NCBI RefSeq assembly: GCF_963506605.1
Contig: NC_083283.1
Location: 39,742,001-39,806,000 of the forward strand
Reading direction: 5' to 3'
DNA from: Zootoca vivipara
Lineage: Eukaryota
Length of the DNA: 64,000 nt
The translations under genes and the position numbers were made by a program. This document shows, piece after piece, positions 39,376 to 52,500 of the stretch (positions are counted from its first letter, which is position 1; the number at the start of each line of letters is the position of its first letter). Below the pieces are notes generated by a model. That model ran no database searches and was not told where the DNA came from. It saw only the letters and a list, made by a program, of their open reading frames with translations.

Positions 39376-39964
39376 AATTCATGCTAGAAATTTGCTCAGT
39401 TATTTCTGATCCTAATGATGAACATGTTTAGATTCCACTGTGGTTCGGTGTGATGCCAACAGGTATGTAATGGGGTCTGCATCCTTTGCTCAAATGCACC
39501 TGCATCCCTCATTTAACCTACCTGCAAAGTGCCCATCTCTTTCCCCAATCCCTTCAAATATGGACTACCGGTATTGTTATAGAGTGACCCATGTGCTTGG
39601 CACCCTGGTATGTGCAACTTTTTCAAGCTGCCTAATGTGCACATCAAAGGAGGGAGCAGCCAGGTAAAGGGAAAGTGGGAGTAAAGTGGCTGGCTGGCTA
39701 AGTGAGTTAGGGCAGAAGAGAGTTAAGAATTCTTGCCTGAGTTGGCTCATCTTAATAGCCCTTCATACTGAAGGTTTGCATTATGGGATACATACTCCTA
39801 ATTATGAACTTTGGTGACATTGATAATTGTGTGGGAACCTTGTGCCAATCAAAGTGGTTCAGCATCTCCAGTGTGGTTGTTAAATATGTACCCAGGATTC
39901 ACAGCTCACCTCTAGCTCTAACTAGTCGCTTACCACTAGTCACTATGGCTAATAATGTGTAAAT

Positions 39965-40185
39965 CCATAAAGATCATAGAAACAAAGAATTGTAGAGTTG
40001 GAAGGGACCTCCAAGCGTCATCTAGTGCAGGAGCCATGGCTAAAGAATCCCTGACAGGTGACCACCTAACCTCTCCAACAAAGGAGAGTCTGCCACCTTC
40101 TGAGATCATCCATTCTGCCGTCAAAGGGCTCTTTCCCCTTAGAAAGTTCTACCTAATGTTCAGTTCAAATCTCTTTTCTAGAGAG
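39965..40185 (-). mobile_element. CR1 3' fragment, degenerate
   Basis: CATAGAA...GTAGAGTTGGAAGGGACC...TTAGAAAGTTCTACCTAATGTTC, the reverse complement of a CR1 3' end. Confidence 0.65.
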
Positions 40186-41189
40186 CTTCCGATATATTGA
40201 GTCAGTCCATTTTCTGCAGCCTAGATGAGCTCCTGTTTGCACAGGAGTTGACTTCTGGGGACAAATCTGCTTCACTGGATTGGGGCAACAGCCACTAAAC
40301 AAAGGTCAACACTATTAAACAGAAACTGGAGCAGGAATAGACTTTTCACTGCTGGTTGGGGATCAACCTATTCTTCCACTACAAAAAGACACATTATATG
40401 AACACTAGAAAAGTCTTGAGTGCTACCCAGGTGCACCTATAAAACAAATTTACCTCTCTCCTTAACACATCACAATCACGCCTAGAACCTCTACCCATTG
40501 CTTTGGACTGGACAGTTCAAGAATAATGGGCTAAGGTTGTTTTGCTGTTTTTAAATCATTCATTGTACATTGCTTCTCAAAATACAATGCAGTGCAGTAT
40601 TTTAGAAGTTATGATCCATGTGCAGCCCTTGATCTGGAAGAAGAACTGCTCTTGATCTCAGTGAGAAATATGAGCACCAGCAGGAAACTGACTAGAGGGC
40701 TGAACAGGCCTTTTCCATCTCTAATTTCCATGATTAAAGTGTAGGATCAAAGGCACTATAAGGCTCTAAGTATAACCACATTCATAGAATGAACCAGGTT
40801 CAAGGACTAACACATTTTAGGAAGTGAGAGGGAAATGCCATTATAAATTTATTCAGATACTAGCTGCTTTCCCCAGGATTTTTTCAGTCTTTTTGTTCTT
40901 CTGACCAGGTCGCCTATGAGCTGCTGAGCTGGCAAAACAGTTTATAGGATCTGGTGAAAATACTTCTGTGATTGTGATTCATAATTCTGTAGCACAGGGA
41001 ATGTGAGCTGACCAAGGCCAAAGTACCAGAACAGAAATGTGTGCTGATTCTGCATTACAATCATTTCCAGATAAAGTGTAAGGGACCAATTTCAGGTTTG
41101 AAACTGAGAGTAAGGTTCAAATATGCACATGCTTTTAGAAGTGTTAAAAATTAAACATGCCTTTCTGAAATATTTCTTTAAAAAAATGA

Positions 41190-41620
41190 TTTAACCACTT
41201 CATGCTGTTGAAGATAGAAGGAACAAAATGCAGGTTTGTGGTCATGATCATAAAGAAAGGCCTCTGGAAACACATTGTAAATGCTATCAAAGATATACCA
41301 GAAGAAACAATATCTTTCAAAACTGAAGCTTTGTTGCTGGGACTGTTTGAACAACCTATTAAAAAAGGAACACCAGCTTTGGTTATTACAGCAGGCATAA
41401 GTATTGCAAAAATTAAATTAAATTGAATTAAATTAAGATGGAAGAAACAGAACTTACCAAAACAGGCTTTGAAATGCTTGACAGACTTTGGTAATGATAA
41501 AAAAATTCCTCAGTTAAAGAGCATCAGTCCACACTAATGGGACAGTTGGAAGCTTCTTGTGACATATTGGAACAGAACTTTAATTTATGAAGGACAACAT
41601 CAGGAAATATTGAATGTTGG
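41190..41620 (+). mobile_element. Possible degenerate L1/Tx1 ORF2 C-terminal remnant
   Basis: Translation FKTEALLLGLF...LVITAGISIAK...RWKKQNLP resembles L1 ORF2 C-termini; heavily decayed. Confidence 0.4.
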
Positions 41621-42009
41621 CATGTCAAGACAGATGTACTGTATATTGTGGGATTGGTGCTCCAACTCATGCACACTTTTCACAGCATCCACGTGACATC
41701 ATTAACAATAGAAATGCCAACCCATATCCCCCCCCACTAATTTCATCCAGATTTACCCGTTCTGCAGAAAATCTGATTTAAAAACTTCTCTGAATGACCC
41801 GTTTGTGATATCTGAGTGACACGTTTGCGGAATTAAGCCCCCATCTGGAAGCACCCCAACTATTTTTATTGATATAAAATGTAACATCTTTTCTGGCAAA
41901 AGTAACCACAGATGTCTTTCCTTTTTGTTTATTATTTGTTCTGTTATTTGTTGCATTTTACTAAAATAAAAATCGTTAAGGGAAAATACGTAACTGAAAC
42001 AACTGAAAC

Positions 42010-42811
42010 TGAAATATCAACAACCTCAGATATGCAGATGACACAACCTTGATGGCAGAAAGCGAGGAGGAATTAAAGAACCTTTTAATGAGGGTGAAAG
42101 AGGAGAGCGCAAAATATGGTCTGAAGCTCAACATCAAAAAAACCAAGATCATGGCCACTGGTCCCATCACCTCCTAGCAAATAGAAGGGGAAGAAATGGA
42201 GGCAGTGAGAGATTTTACTTTCTTGGGCTCCTTGATCACTGCAGATGGTGACAGCAGTCACGAAATTAAAAGACGCCTGCTTCTTGGGAGAAAAGCAATG
42301 ACAAACCTAGACAGCATCTTAAAAAGCAGAGACATCACCTTGCCGACAAAGGTCCGTATAGTTAAAGCTATGGTTTTCCCAGTAGCGATGTATGGAAGTG
42401 AGAGCTGGACCATAAAGAAGGCTGATCGCCGAAGAATTGATGCTTTTGAATTATGGTGCTGGAGGAGACTCTTGAGAGTCCCATGGACTGCAAGAAGATC
42501 AAACCTATCCATTCTTAAGGAAATCAGCCCTGAGTGCTCCCTGGAAGGACAGATCGTGAAGCTGAGGCTCCAATACTTTGGCCACCTCATGAGAAGAGAA
42601 GAATCCTTGGAAAAGACCCTGATGTTGGGAAAGATTGAGGGCACTAGGAGAAGGGGACGACAGAGGACAAGATGGTTGGACAGTGTTCTCGAAGCTACGA
42701 ACATGAGTTTGACCAAACTGTGGGAGGCAGTGCAAGACAGGAGTGCCTGGCGTGCTATGGTCCATGGGGTCATGAAGAGTCGGACACGACTAAACGACTA
42801 AACAACAACAA
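42010..42811 (+). mobile_element. RTE/BovB LINE 3' fragment with reverse transcriptase C-terminus
   Basis: NINNLRYADDTTLMAESEEELKNLL (YADD RT motif), one in-frame TAG near 42175, ORF 42196-42801, (CAA)n tail. Confidence 0.93.
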
Positions 42812-42929
42812 GAAACAAGTAGAGTGTTTCTAGCAGGCTTGTTGAACAATTTTGAGGAATAATCATGTGTGGCTCCCCTGAAGAACATTGTGGAGTTGAA
42901 GCCTGTTAGGTAGCACTGAAGTGGGCGGA

Positions 42930-43103
42930 AGGGAGCATAGGCCTTACACCAAATCAAATCAGTTCATGAAGTTCAGGATTGTCTGCATTACTGGCAGTGG
43001 CTCTCCAGGACTTCCCAAGCCCTACCTGGAGACGGCAGAAATTGAATCTGGGACCTTCTGCAAGCAAAGCAGATGCTCTGCCATTGAGCCGTGGCCCTTC
43101 CCC
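42930..43103 (-). mobile_element. tRNA-derived SINE, degenerate
   Basis: Reverse-complement similarity to 2549-2720 (TGGGACCTTCTGCAAGCAAAGCAGATGCTCTGCCATTGAGC). Confidence 0.6.
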
Positions 43104-43440
43104 AAGCTGGCAACAGAGACAGGGCTGGAGACACCTAAGCAACTAGACAAGAGAAAAGGGAAGCTATACTTAGCTCCTCCTGTGCATGCCACTCTTATCC
43201 TACATACCTCTTCCCATTTTTGACCCCTGACACATCAAGCAGTTGCTTTCTCCTATTTTATCCTCATAATAATCATGTGAGTTAGGATAGACCGGGGGGG
43301 CAGGGAGAGGGGTCCCAATATTATCTAGAGAGATTTATGGCTGCATTAAAATTTGAAGCAGGTCTCTCCAGTCAGTCAATCACTGAAGGCACACTGGTTC
43401 TGATAACTGTGATTTCCCCTCTGCTTTCTATAGTCCCTTA

Positions 43441-43618
43441 GGCTGTGTACACACCACACATTTAAAGCACTAGGCATCCCCTAAATAAACCTGGGAACTG
43501 TAGTTTGTTAAGGCTTCTGGGACTTGCACCTCTGAGCAGGGTAAACTATAGTTCCCTGGATTTTTGGGGGAAGACATGTGCTTTACTTGTCCTTCAAATG
43601 TATGGTGTTTATTCAGCC
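43441..43618. mobile_element. PIF/Harbinger-type MITE
   Basis: Imperfect TIR GGCTGTGTACACACCACACATTT / AAATGTATGGTGTTTATTCAGCC; 3-bp TTA TSD; internal palindrome. Confidence 0.7.
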
Positions 43619-44452
43619 TTAGTATAAATGCAAGAGAATATGAAGTGGAATCCAGTCACATTAGCTGTAAAGGTTCCTGCTCTCTCATATAACTGTTGTG
43701 CAGAAGGAAGAATTGCAGCAGGTGCAGCTTTCCTTGTCTCTTTCACAAACTGCTTTTCCCCTGCAAATCTGTGCCACCTTTGTATCCGGGTTGCTCTGCT
43801 GTAAGCGTAGGGATGATGATCTGTCCAACTCCACGTTAAATAAGTGGACCTGTGTACAGTGCAACAAGCATAGCACTTCATTGCTGTAGATAACACAGTT
43901 GCAAACTACTGCTGCAGGCAATATGAATGCACATCTACATATAGGCGTAATTATCTACAGCCTTCTGGATTATGAAATGCTATAATTAGTCTCCCTATTA
44001 GTCTGAGCTGCTGTAATGCTGTGATTAAATCTATGAGCTGGAAATCTAGGGCTCAAACCTCACCCTGTCATCAGTTCACTTGTAGCTTTAGAAAGCCCCT
44101 ATGATTCAGCCTAATAAGAATGTAAGAAGAGCCCTGCAGGATCAGGCCAATGACCCACCTTGTCCTGCATCCTGTTGTCACAGTGGCCAGCCAGATGCCC
44201 GTGGGAAGCCTGTATAGCAGGACATGATTGCAACAGGACCCTCCTCACTTGGGTTTTCCAGCGTTTGGTATTCTGAGGCGTCCCACCTCTGGTACTGCAT
44301 GTAGTATACAGGCATCATTGCCAGTAGCCATTTGTACTCTTAGCCTCCACTCCACCCCCACAATAGGGGCACAATAATACTGGCCTGTGTTGTGCAGGTG
44401 TTGAAAGAATTGCTAAAATAATATTGAAGAGACACTGTGGGATAGTGTATAA

Positions 44453-44588
44453 CAGTGGTCCTCAACCTTGGGCCTCCAGATGTTTTTGGCCTACAACTCC
44501 CATGATCCCTAGCTAGCAGGACCAGTGGTCAGGGATGATGGGAATTGTAGTCTCAAAACATCTGGAGGCCCAAGGTTGAGGACCACTG
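44453..44588. mobile_element. Palindromic hAT-type MITE (136-bp family)
   Basis: Perfect ~34-bp TIR CAGTGGTCCTCAACCTTGGGCCTCCAGATGTTTT; 8-bp TSD GTGTATAA. Confidence 0.92.
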
Positions 44589-44841
44589 GTGTATAAGACT
44601 TCTGCTCCGCACCTGGAATGAAGACCCAAGAAAGGGATCATGGTAAGAGGTTAGTCATTAAACGCTAGCACCAAACCAAACCACACCAAACAGAAATGTG
44701 GGCAGGCATAGCCTGTGCTAGCAGAAAGTCTCGACCCTACTGCTAAGGGACAAACCACCCTAGAACAACTTCCTCACCCCAGCTGTCATGAAGGGAGGCA
44801 AAAGATAAGCCATAGGTGTGTGGCCTGACAGGTCCCAGGTG

Positions 44842-44931
44842 CATAGCTGCCAAGTTATCCCTTTTTTTAAGGGATTTTCCCTTATGCTGAATAGGCTTCC
44901 TCGCGAGAAAAGGGAAAACTTGGCAGCTATG
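44842..44931. mobile_element. 90-bp hAT-type MITE (CATAGCTGCCAAGT TIR family)
   Basis: TIR CATAGCTGCCAAGTT / AACTTGGCAGCTATG; 8-bp TSD CCCAGGTG. Confidence 0.92.
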
Positions 44932-46637
44932 CCCAGGTGTCTCTCACTGCTCAGCATTCAGCAGGTAGCACATGCCAGGCCCTGAGAGCCCCAAGCTGGT
45001 TGACAATAGGAGGTAGTTCGTGGCATGCACTCCACCCAGCTATCAAAGGCAAATTCCCCCCACTCTACCTTGTTGTTCCAAACAGACCACATGCAGAAGA
45101 GTGGTTTCAAACCCTTGTTTATCACTGAAGCTCATTGGGTGATCCAAGAGCAGCTATAATTTCTCAGCTTGACCAACCTCATTGAGTTGTTGTGAAGATA
45201 AAATGGGCAAGCTGTGTGTACCTTGGATGAATGGCAGGGTATTCATTTGACATATAAACCAGATAGTGAGAAGTGTTGAGCACTTTTTAGATGGACTATA
45301 TCAATGCTAACTTTTTTATGATGCTCTCGGTGCCAAAATACAAGCAAATATATGCATAAACCTTATGTATTTAGATGCTCATTAACTTCCCACAAAACTT
45401 GTCCACAAGCTGTACTGCATACACTCTTGGAGTTTTAGATACAAGGTGCTGATTCATATTATATTTGCATTGGATCAAAGTGCTAATTTAAGGTTTCTGT
45501 GAAATACTGTCTTGTTTTAGTGATACATTCCCTGGACTTTTGGGGTAAACCCTAGGCACACTGGCATAAACAAAATGTAAAAAAATAAATTAAATTATGA
45601 AAAAGGCAGGTAAACTTCAGTTGCAACCACACCATAAAACATATAAACAGAGAATCTGGACTCTTTTTTCTTTTTCTTTTTTGCTTTCTTCAGCAATGCA
45701 TATTCATTTGACTTACAATCTTCCATAATTTTTCATTACTTTCAATTAAAGTATTGCTTTAGAGACAAGACATTATTGAGACTTTCTGCCACTTGATGAA
45801 TTACAGATGAGTACAGATGTTAAAAATGTCAAATAACTAATTTTAAAACATAGTATCTTGAAACCAAATAGATCAGCCTGACGGAATATATGGGGGAGCT
45901 TTGACACTAAATATCAGCAGAATCAAGGGGAAAATTATGGGAGCTTTAGTAGGCTTTTGAATAAAGCCTACTAAAAATTATACATGAGAGTTTGCACAGC
46001 TTTTAAAAACCATTAGAAAACAATTCTGGGGTCATTGGAGAAAACACTGGATGTTCATTGCTATTTACAATCTTTGAGGTTTTCTACAATCAAATGGTAT
46101 TTAACTTTTAGGAAATAAAAATAAATTAGACCCACCAGCTTTTTCACTATATTCCTGATGTAGATATTCACTCATCCCTTCTTTTCTGGCAGGGGGGTGG
46201 GGGGAATTGCCATTTTGCACTTTGCCTCAGGTGTCAAAATGTATTGGGCCGGCCCTGCTCATTGCCATAGTATTTTTCCAATCTCCCCACCACCACCACC
46301 CTTGACAAGTATTGTATTTCCCTTGCACTACTATGTAAATTGCCTAGTCCCTCTGCTTAAGGCAATGAAAATACACTGCTCTAAAAATGTAAGGGGGAAG
46401 AGAAGAATCAACCCCTTAGTCTGTTTAACTAGGTCAATGAAACCATTTGTAAATACCGAGATCTGCAGTCCATGCCAAGACTTGTGCAGCCAAAAAAACA
46501 CAACCAGTCAGTGATACCACAAAGCAGCATGGAACCACTCTGGAAATGAAACACTAAGGAATCAACTAGATGCACATGGAGGAAATAAACATTTAGATCT
46601 CAGGACATGACTCACAACAATTTTTTGGCCATTAGGA

Positions 46638-46708
46638 TACTATACTACAGTATACTATACTATACTATACTATACTATACTATACTATACTATACTATAC
46701 TATACTAC
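46638..46708. repeat. (TATAC)n pentanucleotide microsatellite
   Basis: Visible in the sequence. Confidence 0.95.
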
Positions 46709-49070
46709 TCCTCACTCTCTTAAATTTCCATTACCCTATGTTCCCTGCAGGTTACAAAAGAAAACAGAAACCCAACATCTTGGCACATCAGGTGAAGAAA
46801 CAGAGAGTATTCAGCCCAGAGGGGCTGGAATTTTGGATTTCAGTTTCCTTCTGTAGCACTAGTATACAAGAAAAATAAAATAATGGTAATCTAACTCCAT
46901 TGAGTGAATAAATGAGTTTGGAAAGCATAATCTAATTTGCTTTTGGAGTGCCTAAAGTTATGAATGGTTATTAACCAGTTTTTGAAAAGGAATGAGAAGA
47001 GAATCCCTAGGGCAGCCTGACTCAAACAGATTTATCAGTGAAAAAACAAACTAAGTATAAATAGTAGCAAACTTTAAGTGCTGTTGTTAATTCAAGGAAG
47101 ACAGAACTCATTCTGCAAATCCTCAGTCCTATTAATAAGGGCTACTCTAGAGTCTTTCCCAAAGAAGAGAAAGGCAGGTAGTCAGGCTCCAGCAGACTCA
47201 GAACAAGAATCAGTTACGCAAGATCGATGAATCACGGACAGTTGAACAGAGGACAGCAAAGGGTTGCAGCAGATCACTGCTTAAGAGCTACACAGGAATG
47301 CACAGAGAGCACTTTGGAGAAATGGGTTTGTGTAGCGTCTGAGCACAGTTTGCAATGCATGCAACAATTACTATGGTATAAAATATAGCAAATCCATTGG
47401 CCAACTCTGCCACCTAAGGTTTTAGGTCAGGTCAGACCAGGGTTTGGGTTCACCATACAAGTTCAGAACCTGAAGCATAAATGTTTGAAATATAAAAAAA
47501 TGATCAACAAAAGAATTAGGTAATACAGTATTGATGTGTTGATATAAGAAATAGAAAGTATTGTGCAGCGGAGGGAGGAAATTAAAACACCATGGAAAAT
47601 GGGGCAGGAAGGTGGGAAAAGACAAATTTATCATGTGTTGAAGTATATGTGTAAAACTTTTGAAAATTCAATAAATTTTTATTCTAAAACAAACAAACAA
47701 TGCACTGAAATGAAAACATGAAGGGTGAGGACAGGTACGCAGAGACCTCACACAGACCAAATATCTCCAGAAATTCACAAGGGCCCTGAAAATGAGGGAG
47801 AGAAAAAATTGAAGCCTGTTTTGCAGAAGAAGAAAATGCTCTTTGTACTAGGGGATAGATTTTGGCACAGTACTGGAATAAATGGCCAATGAGAGAATAT
47901 TTATTGTCAGGAAAGAAGCGACCAGTGATCTTTCACAGGCTAAATATGATTGATGGGTCTGCCTGAATAATATTGCAAGAGCCACTGATTTAAATGTAGA
48001 AGTGGCCATATAATTCCCATAAGACTTTTTCCCCCTGTACTCACTTTTTACTGGATAGGAGCCCATGAAAAGAAGAGAATCAAAAGATTTCCAGTGACTC
48101 TTGATGTCTTCAGGACTATCCGACCTGGCAGGTTAAGACACTCACATTTTCCTAAAGGGTGGATTCATGATCTGCTCTATTGTTTTAAGATTATATCATG
48201 GAAAATGCTTTGCCTTCACATTTGCAATAAAACTCTGCAATAAAACAAATTTAAGAATAAAGGCTTTTTGACACACAGATGGACAAATAAAAAGATATTT
48301 CTTTCTGGGCTGACATCATAATGTATATAAGAATAGATTATGGTAGGGCAAAATTTGGGAGGAAGAGATGGGAGCCTGTGTGTGTGTGTGTGTGTGCGCG
48401 CGCGCGATTTGAATAGAATAATATACAGATGGTTGGATGGTCATCTGTCATGGTTGCTTTAACTGAGATTTCTGCATTGCAGGGGGTTGGACTAGACAAT
48501 CCTTGGGACCCTTCCAAATCTACAATTATATGATTCTATGAAACCTTCATGACTATATGAAGATATATGTATAACCTAGCTTTTCCTAGCCTGTTGTTCT
48601 CCCAGATGTTTTGGACTATAACGTCTGTCATCCCTGACCACTGACCTGGCTGGCTGAAGACACCTTCTTGGGGAGGCAGACCAGGCCTCGGTCATACATG
48701 TCTTACATTGCAATCCCATGTAGGTCTACTCAGAAAAGAGCCCCAATGAGTTCAATGAAACTTACTGCCATCTAGAGATATAGATATAGATACCTGGGAT
48801 GATGAAACTGAAGCCCTCCAGATGTTACTGGACTACAACTCCTATCATCCTCCACCGTCGTCCATGCTAGCTGGGGGTTAGAGTCCAATAATGTCTGAGG
48901 GTACACAGGTTCCCCATTCCTGATGTATGGGTTTGCAGCCTGCATCACTTCCACATTAGATTACAGAAATGTGCTCTGTGTGTGGCTGCCTTGGAAGATA
49001 TTGTGAAAGCTTCTGTTGGTTCAAAATCCAGCTGCCAAGATTTTGCCTGCAATTTGCAAATTATATCACA

Positions 49071-49463
49071 CCAGTATGTTTCCGAGCACAATTCAGTGTT
49101 GGTGCTGACCTTTAAAGCCCTAAACGGCCTCGACCCAGTATACCTGAAGGAGCGTCTCCACCCCCATCGTTCAGCCCGGACACTGAGGTCCAGCGCTGAG
49201 GGCCTTCTGGCGGTTACCTCACTGCAAGAAGCTAAGTTACAGGGAACCAGGCAGCGGACCTTCTCGGTAGTGGCACCCGCCCTGTGGAATGCCCTCCCAT
49301 CAGATGTCAAGGAAATAAACAACTACCTGACTTTTAGAAGACATCTGAAGGCAGCCCTGTTTAGGGAAGTTTTTAATGTTTGCTGTATTTATTGAGTTTT
49401 TTATATTCTACTGGGAGCCGCCCAGAGTGGCTGGGGAAACCCACCTAGATGGATGGGGTATAA

Positions 49464-49513
<50 letters not shown>
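49071..49513 (+). mobile_element. L2-like LINE 3' end with (TTA)n tail
   Basis: VLTFKALNGLDPVYLKERL...RTLRSS...FSVVAPALWNALP...FRRHLKAALF, the typical L2 ORF2 C-terminus, then a short 3' UTR and (TTA)n at 49464-49513. Confidence 0.85.
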
Positions 49514-49515
<2 letters not shown>

Positions 49516-52500
49516 CATTCTCTATGCTGGCTGCCAATTCATTCCTGGGTTCAATTCAAAGTGCTGATTTTTTACCTTTCCAGCACAATCCTATACAGGT
49601 CTAAGTAAGTCCTCAGTGAGCTCAGTGGTGTTTACTGTTTGGGAAGTGAGTAAAATCTTACTGGCCAGAGTCTCTCAAGAATTCCCTCCTGATTCCACCT
49701 CTAAGGAGTTTTAGTCTCCCTGCCGTCAAACACTCAGTGGTTACGTCCAACAGAGAGGTTTCAGGTGGAGTAACCAAAGCTATACGCAGTATTCCAAGTC
49801 TGGTTGCACCATATATGGCAGGAGTTTTATGTTCCATCTCCTAATGATCCCAAGCATGGATTTTGCATTGTTCACAGTTGATGCACCCTGACCCCATACG
49901 TTCACTAGCAGCCCTAAACTCACAGCCACCCTCCTTACCTTATGAAATGAGAGCTTGTCCTCTGTCTCTCTTTTAGGCTCTTCCCTTTTAGTCCCTTCAT
50001 ATATATCACATGGTGCACCCAATCATCCCCCAATAGCACAAACCTGAATTGATATTCATTTTGATAAATATGGTCTTACTGTCAAGAAATACCTATCTAG
50101 GAACATTATGGAGATACACTTGCATATATCTTCAGATGCCAACACTGAATTATATCTGATATATTCTACAACTTCATTTCTTGAATAAAGTCACAGGCAT
50201 ATACTCTCTGCATTCTAAAAAGCAAATGTCTGGCAGCCAAAGCTTATTCTTTATATTTCTGGATGCAACAGAGCAAACATAAATTTCATGTCCCATGACT
50301 CTTGTTTTGCTCCAGAAACATGATGAGTCCTCTTAGCTAAAGATGAAACATAATCTGGCAAAATCCCAGTTTCAGAGCTAGCAAACAGCAAGGATGCATC
50401 CTCCTCCCGTTGCTATTAAATGCTGGCTCCTAAGGATTAGTAAGTGATGTACACTTTCCTAGGGAGTACAAAATCAGAATGCTTTTTCTTTTTTTCAAAA
50501 AGTCTAACTTAAGGATACTAAAAAAAATTTGTTTGGTCCACATTTGAATTGTCCTGATCTGCACTCTCTGAACTAATATGCAGATCAGAATACAGTTATC
50601 CTTTGGTTCTTGTACTTCTCTAAATTGAGTGAAACAATTCTCAACAAAGCATATAAAATATGTGTTTTAGGTTACAAAGTGTTCAAAAATTGCATATTTT
50701 AAAGGAAAATGTGAACCAGAACTGCAAATGTTCGTGTTTGTTTTTTAAATCACTCGATGATGCAGAAATGGGATGGAGGGGCTTCTATGAATAAACCAAA
50801 GTTAAGCAAACACTGACCATCCCTACACCCAGCAGGAATGTCTATGTCAACCTGAACTGATAACATGCAAGTAACAGAATAAGCCTGTGATTCTATTAAG
50901 ACTGAGCTAACCAGGGCATACTTCTAGACAATTATGGCTAGGAATGGGCTGCAAAACTGCTAATGAGTTCAATTAAAACAGGTTTGTAGCCACAGTATCC
51001 AAGAAAGTCTGTAGTTCCTGGCACTGGAAAGAGCAAAAGACAATCCTCCATTTTGACAATTAACAAAATATGCTAGCATTCCTATCCTCTGTCTTCTGCT
51101 GGAAAAGGAAAAACAATGTGAAGAAGGGTTGATTCCTTAATTATCGCTTTCCAGGAGAAGGATAATTCCAACAACCAGAGCTACTCAACCAAGTGTCCTC
51201 AGCATTGCCAGAAGTTATTGAAACCCCCTGGTTCCAGGTTTGGATCACTTGGTAAATGTAACTGTTACAAGCTAATTTGGTTGTGTGGAACAGTTACTGT
51301 TTCCTTTCACACAAATATAGTATATAGGAAGCACATTTTTCATCTGATGACTCTATCACTATAAAACTACCATCCCAGCTGGTCAAGGATGTGCATAATC
51401 AAAGTTTCTGCACATTAATTATTTTTTTCATTAAAACTAACAGGCTGTGCAATCAACACAATCAGGTCTCCGGCAGAAATATATTCATTTCTACAGGGAA
51501 CCCCATTTTAATAAGTGTAGGAAACACACAAAGACTGCTTGCTGCATTGGGGCCTAGTATACATACATCTAAAAATATTAACAGGTCAAACCTTAGCAAA
51601 TTTACTTTGATCAAGTTTCTCCAAAATAAATGTGCATGGAATTGTAGAGTTGGAAGGGACCCCAAGTGTCATCAAGTCCTACCCCCTACATTACAGGAAT
51701 ATTGTTCCCAACATGGGGCTTGAACCCATGGCCCTGAGATTGAGAACTGCATGCTCTACTGACAGAGCTATTCTAAGACTGCAGCCATACAGCACAGCCA
51801 TATGCATGTTAACTCAGAGTTAAGTCCCACTATGACCATTCCCAGGCAAATGAGTTCAGGATTGCAGCCTTAGGTATTGTCACTTTTTAAAAAAAACAGT
51901 GGGTATGAAGAACATGCCCAATGATTATCTAATACCATCATTATGACTAGGTTAAAACTGTGATACCTTTAAGATAGTAATTTAAAATCTTAAAGGTTTG
52001 TTAAAACGTCAAGATGCTCTCACTGAGGGTGGGGGAGGATCAAAAGTCAAACTAAAGTAACGAAGCTAAAATGCTGAAATTGCTAAGATCTGTCTATCTG
52101 GGATTTAACCTAGAGATGTAATGGATTTGCATTAACACCTTCCATGTGAGCATTGGAGGATTTTGTGAAATTCAAGATTTAAAAGCCTGCAATCGTCTCT
52201 AGATAAGAATGGACTGCAGTCTACAATTTATAATGTTTCATGAGCACTAAAACCAGAAGAATTTGAAATAAATAAGAGTTTTTTTCTGTGATTTAATGAT
52301 AATGTGTGTCTGTGGCACCTTTTAAAAATAGATAGATAGATAGATAGATAGATTTATAGAAAGCTTCTGAGAACTTTTCCAGGACTCTGACCTTTATTTT
52401 CTTGTGTTACTTCTCTTGATGCTTTTCCTGGCAAGCTGTGATATGACATCATGGGACCTGATCATCTGAGACCTTGCTGTGATGGGTTCAGTCCTTTTGT

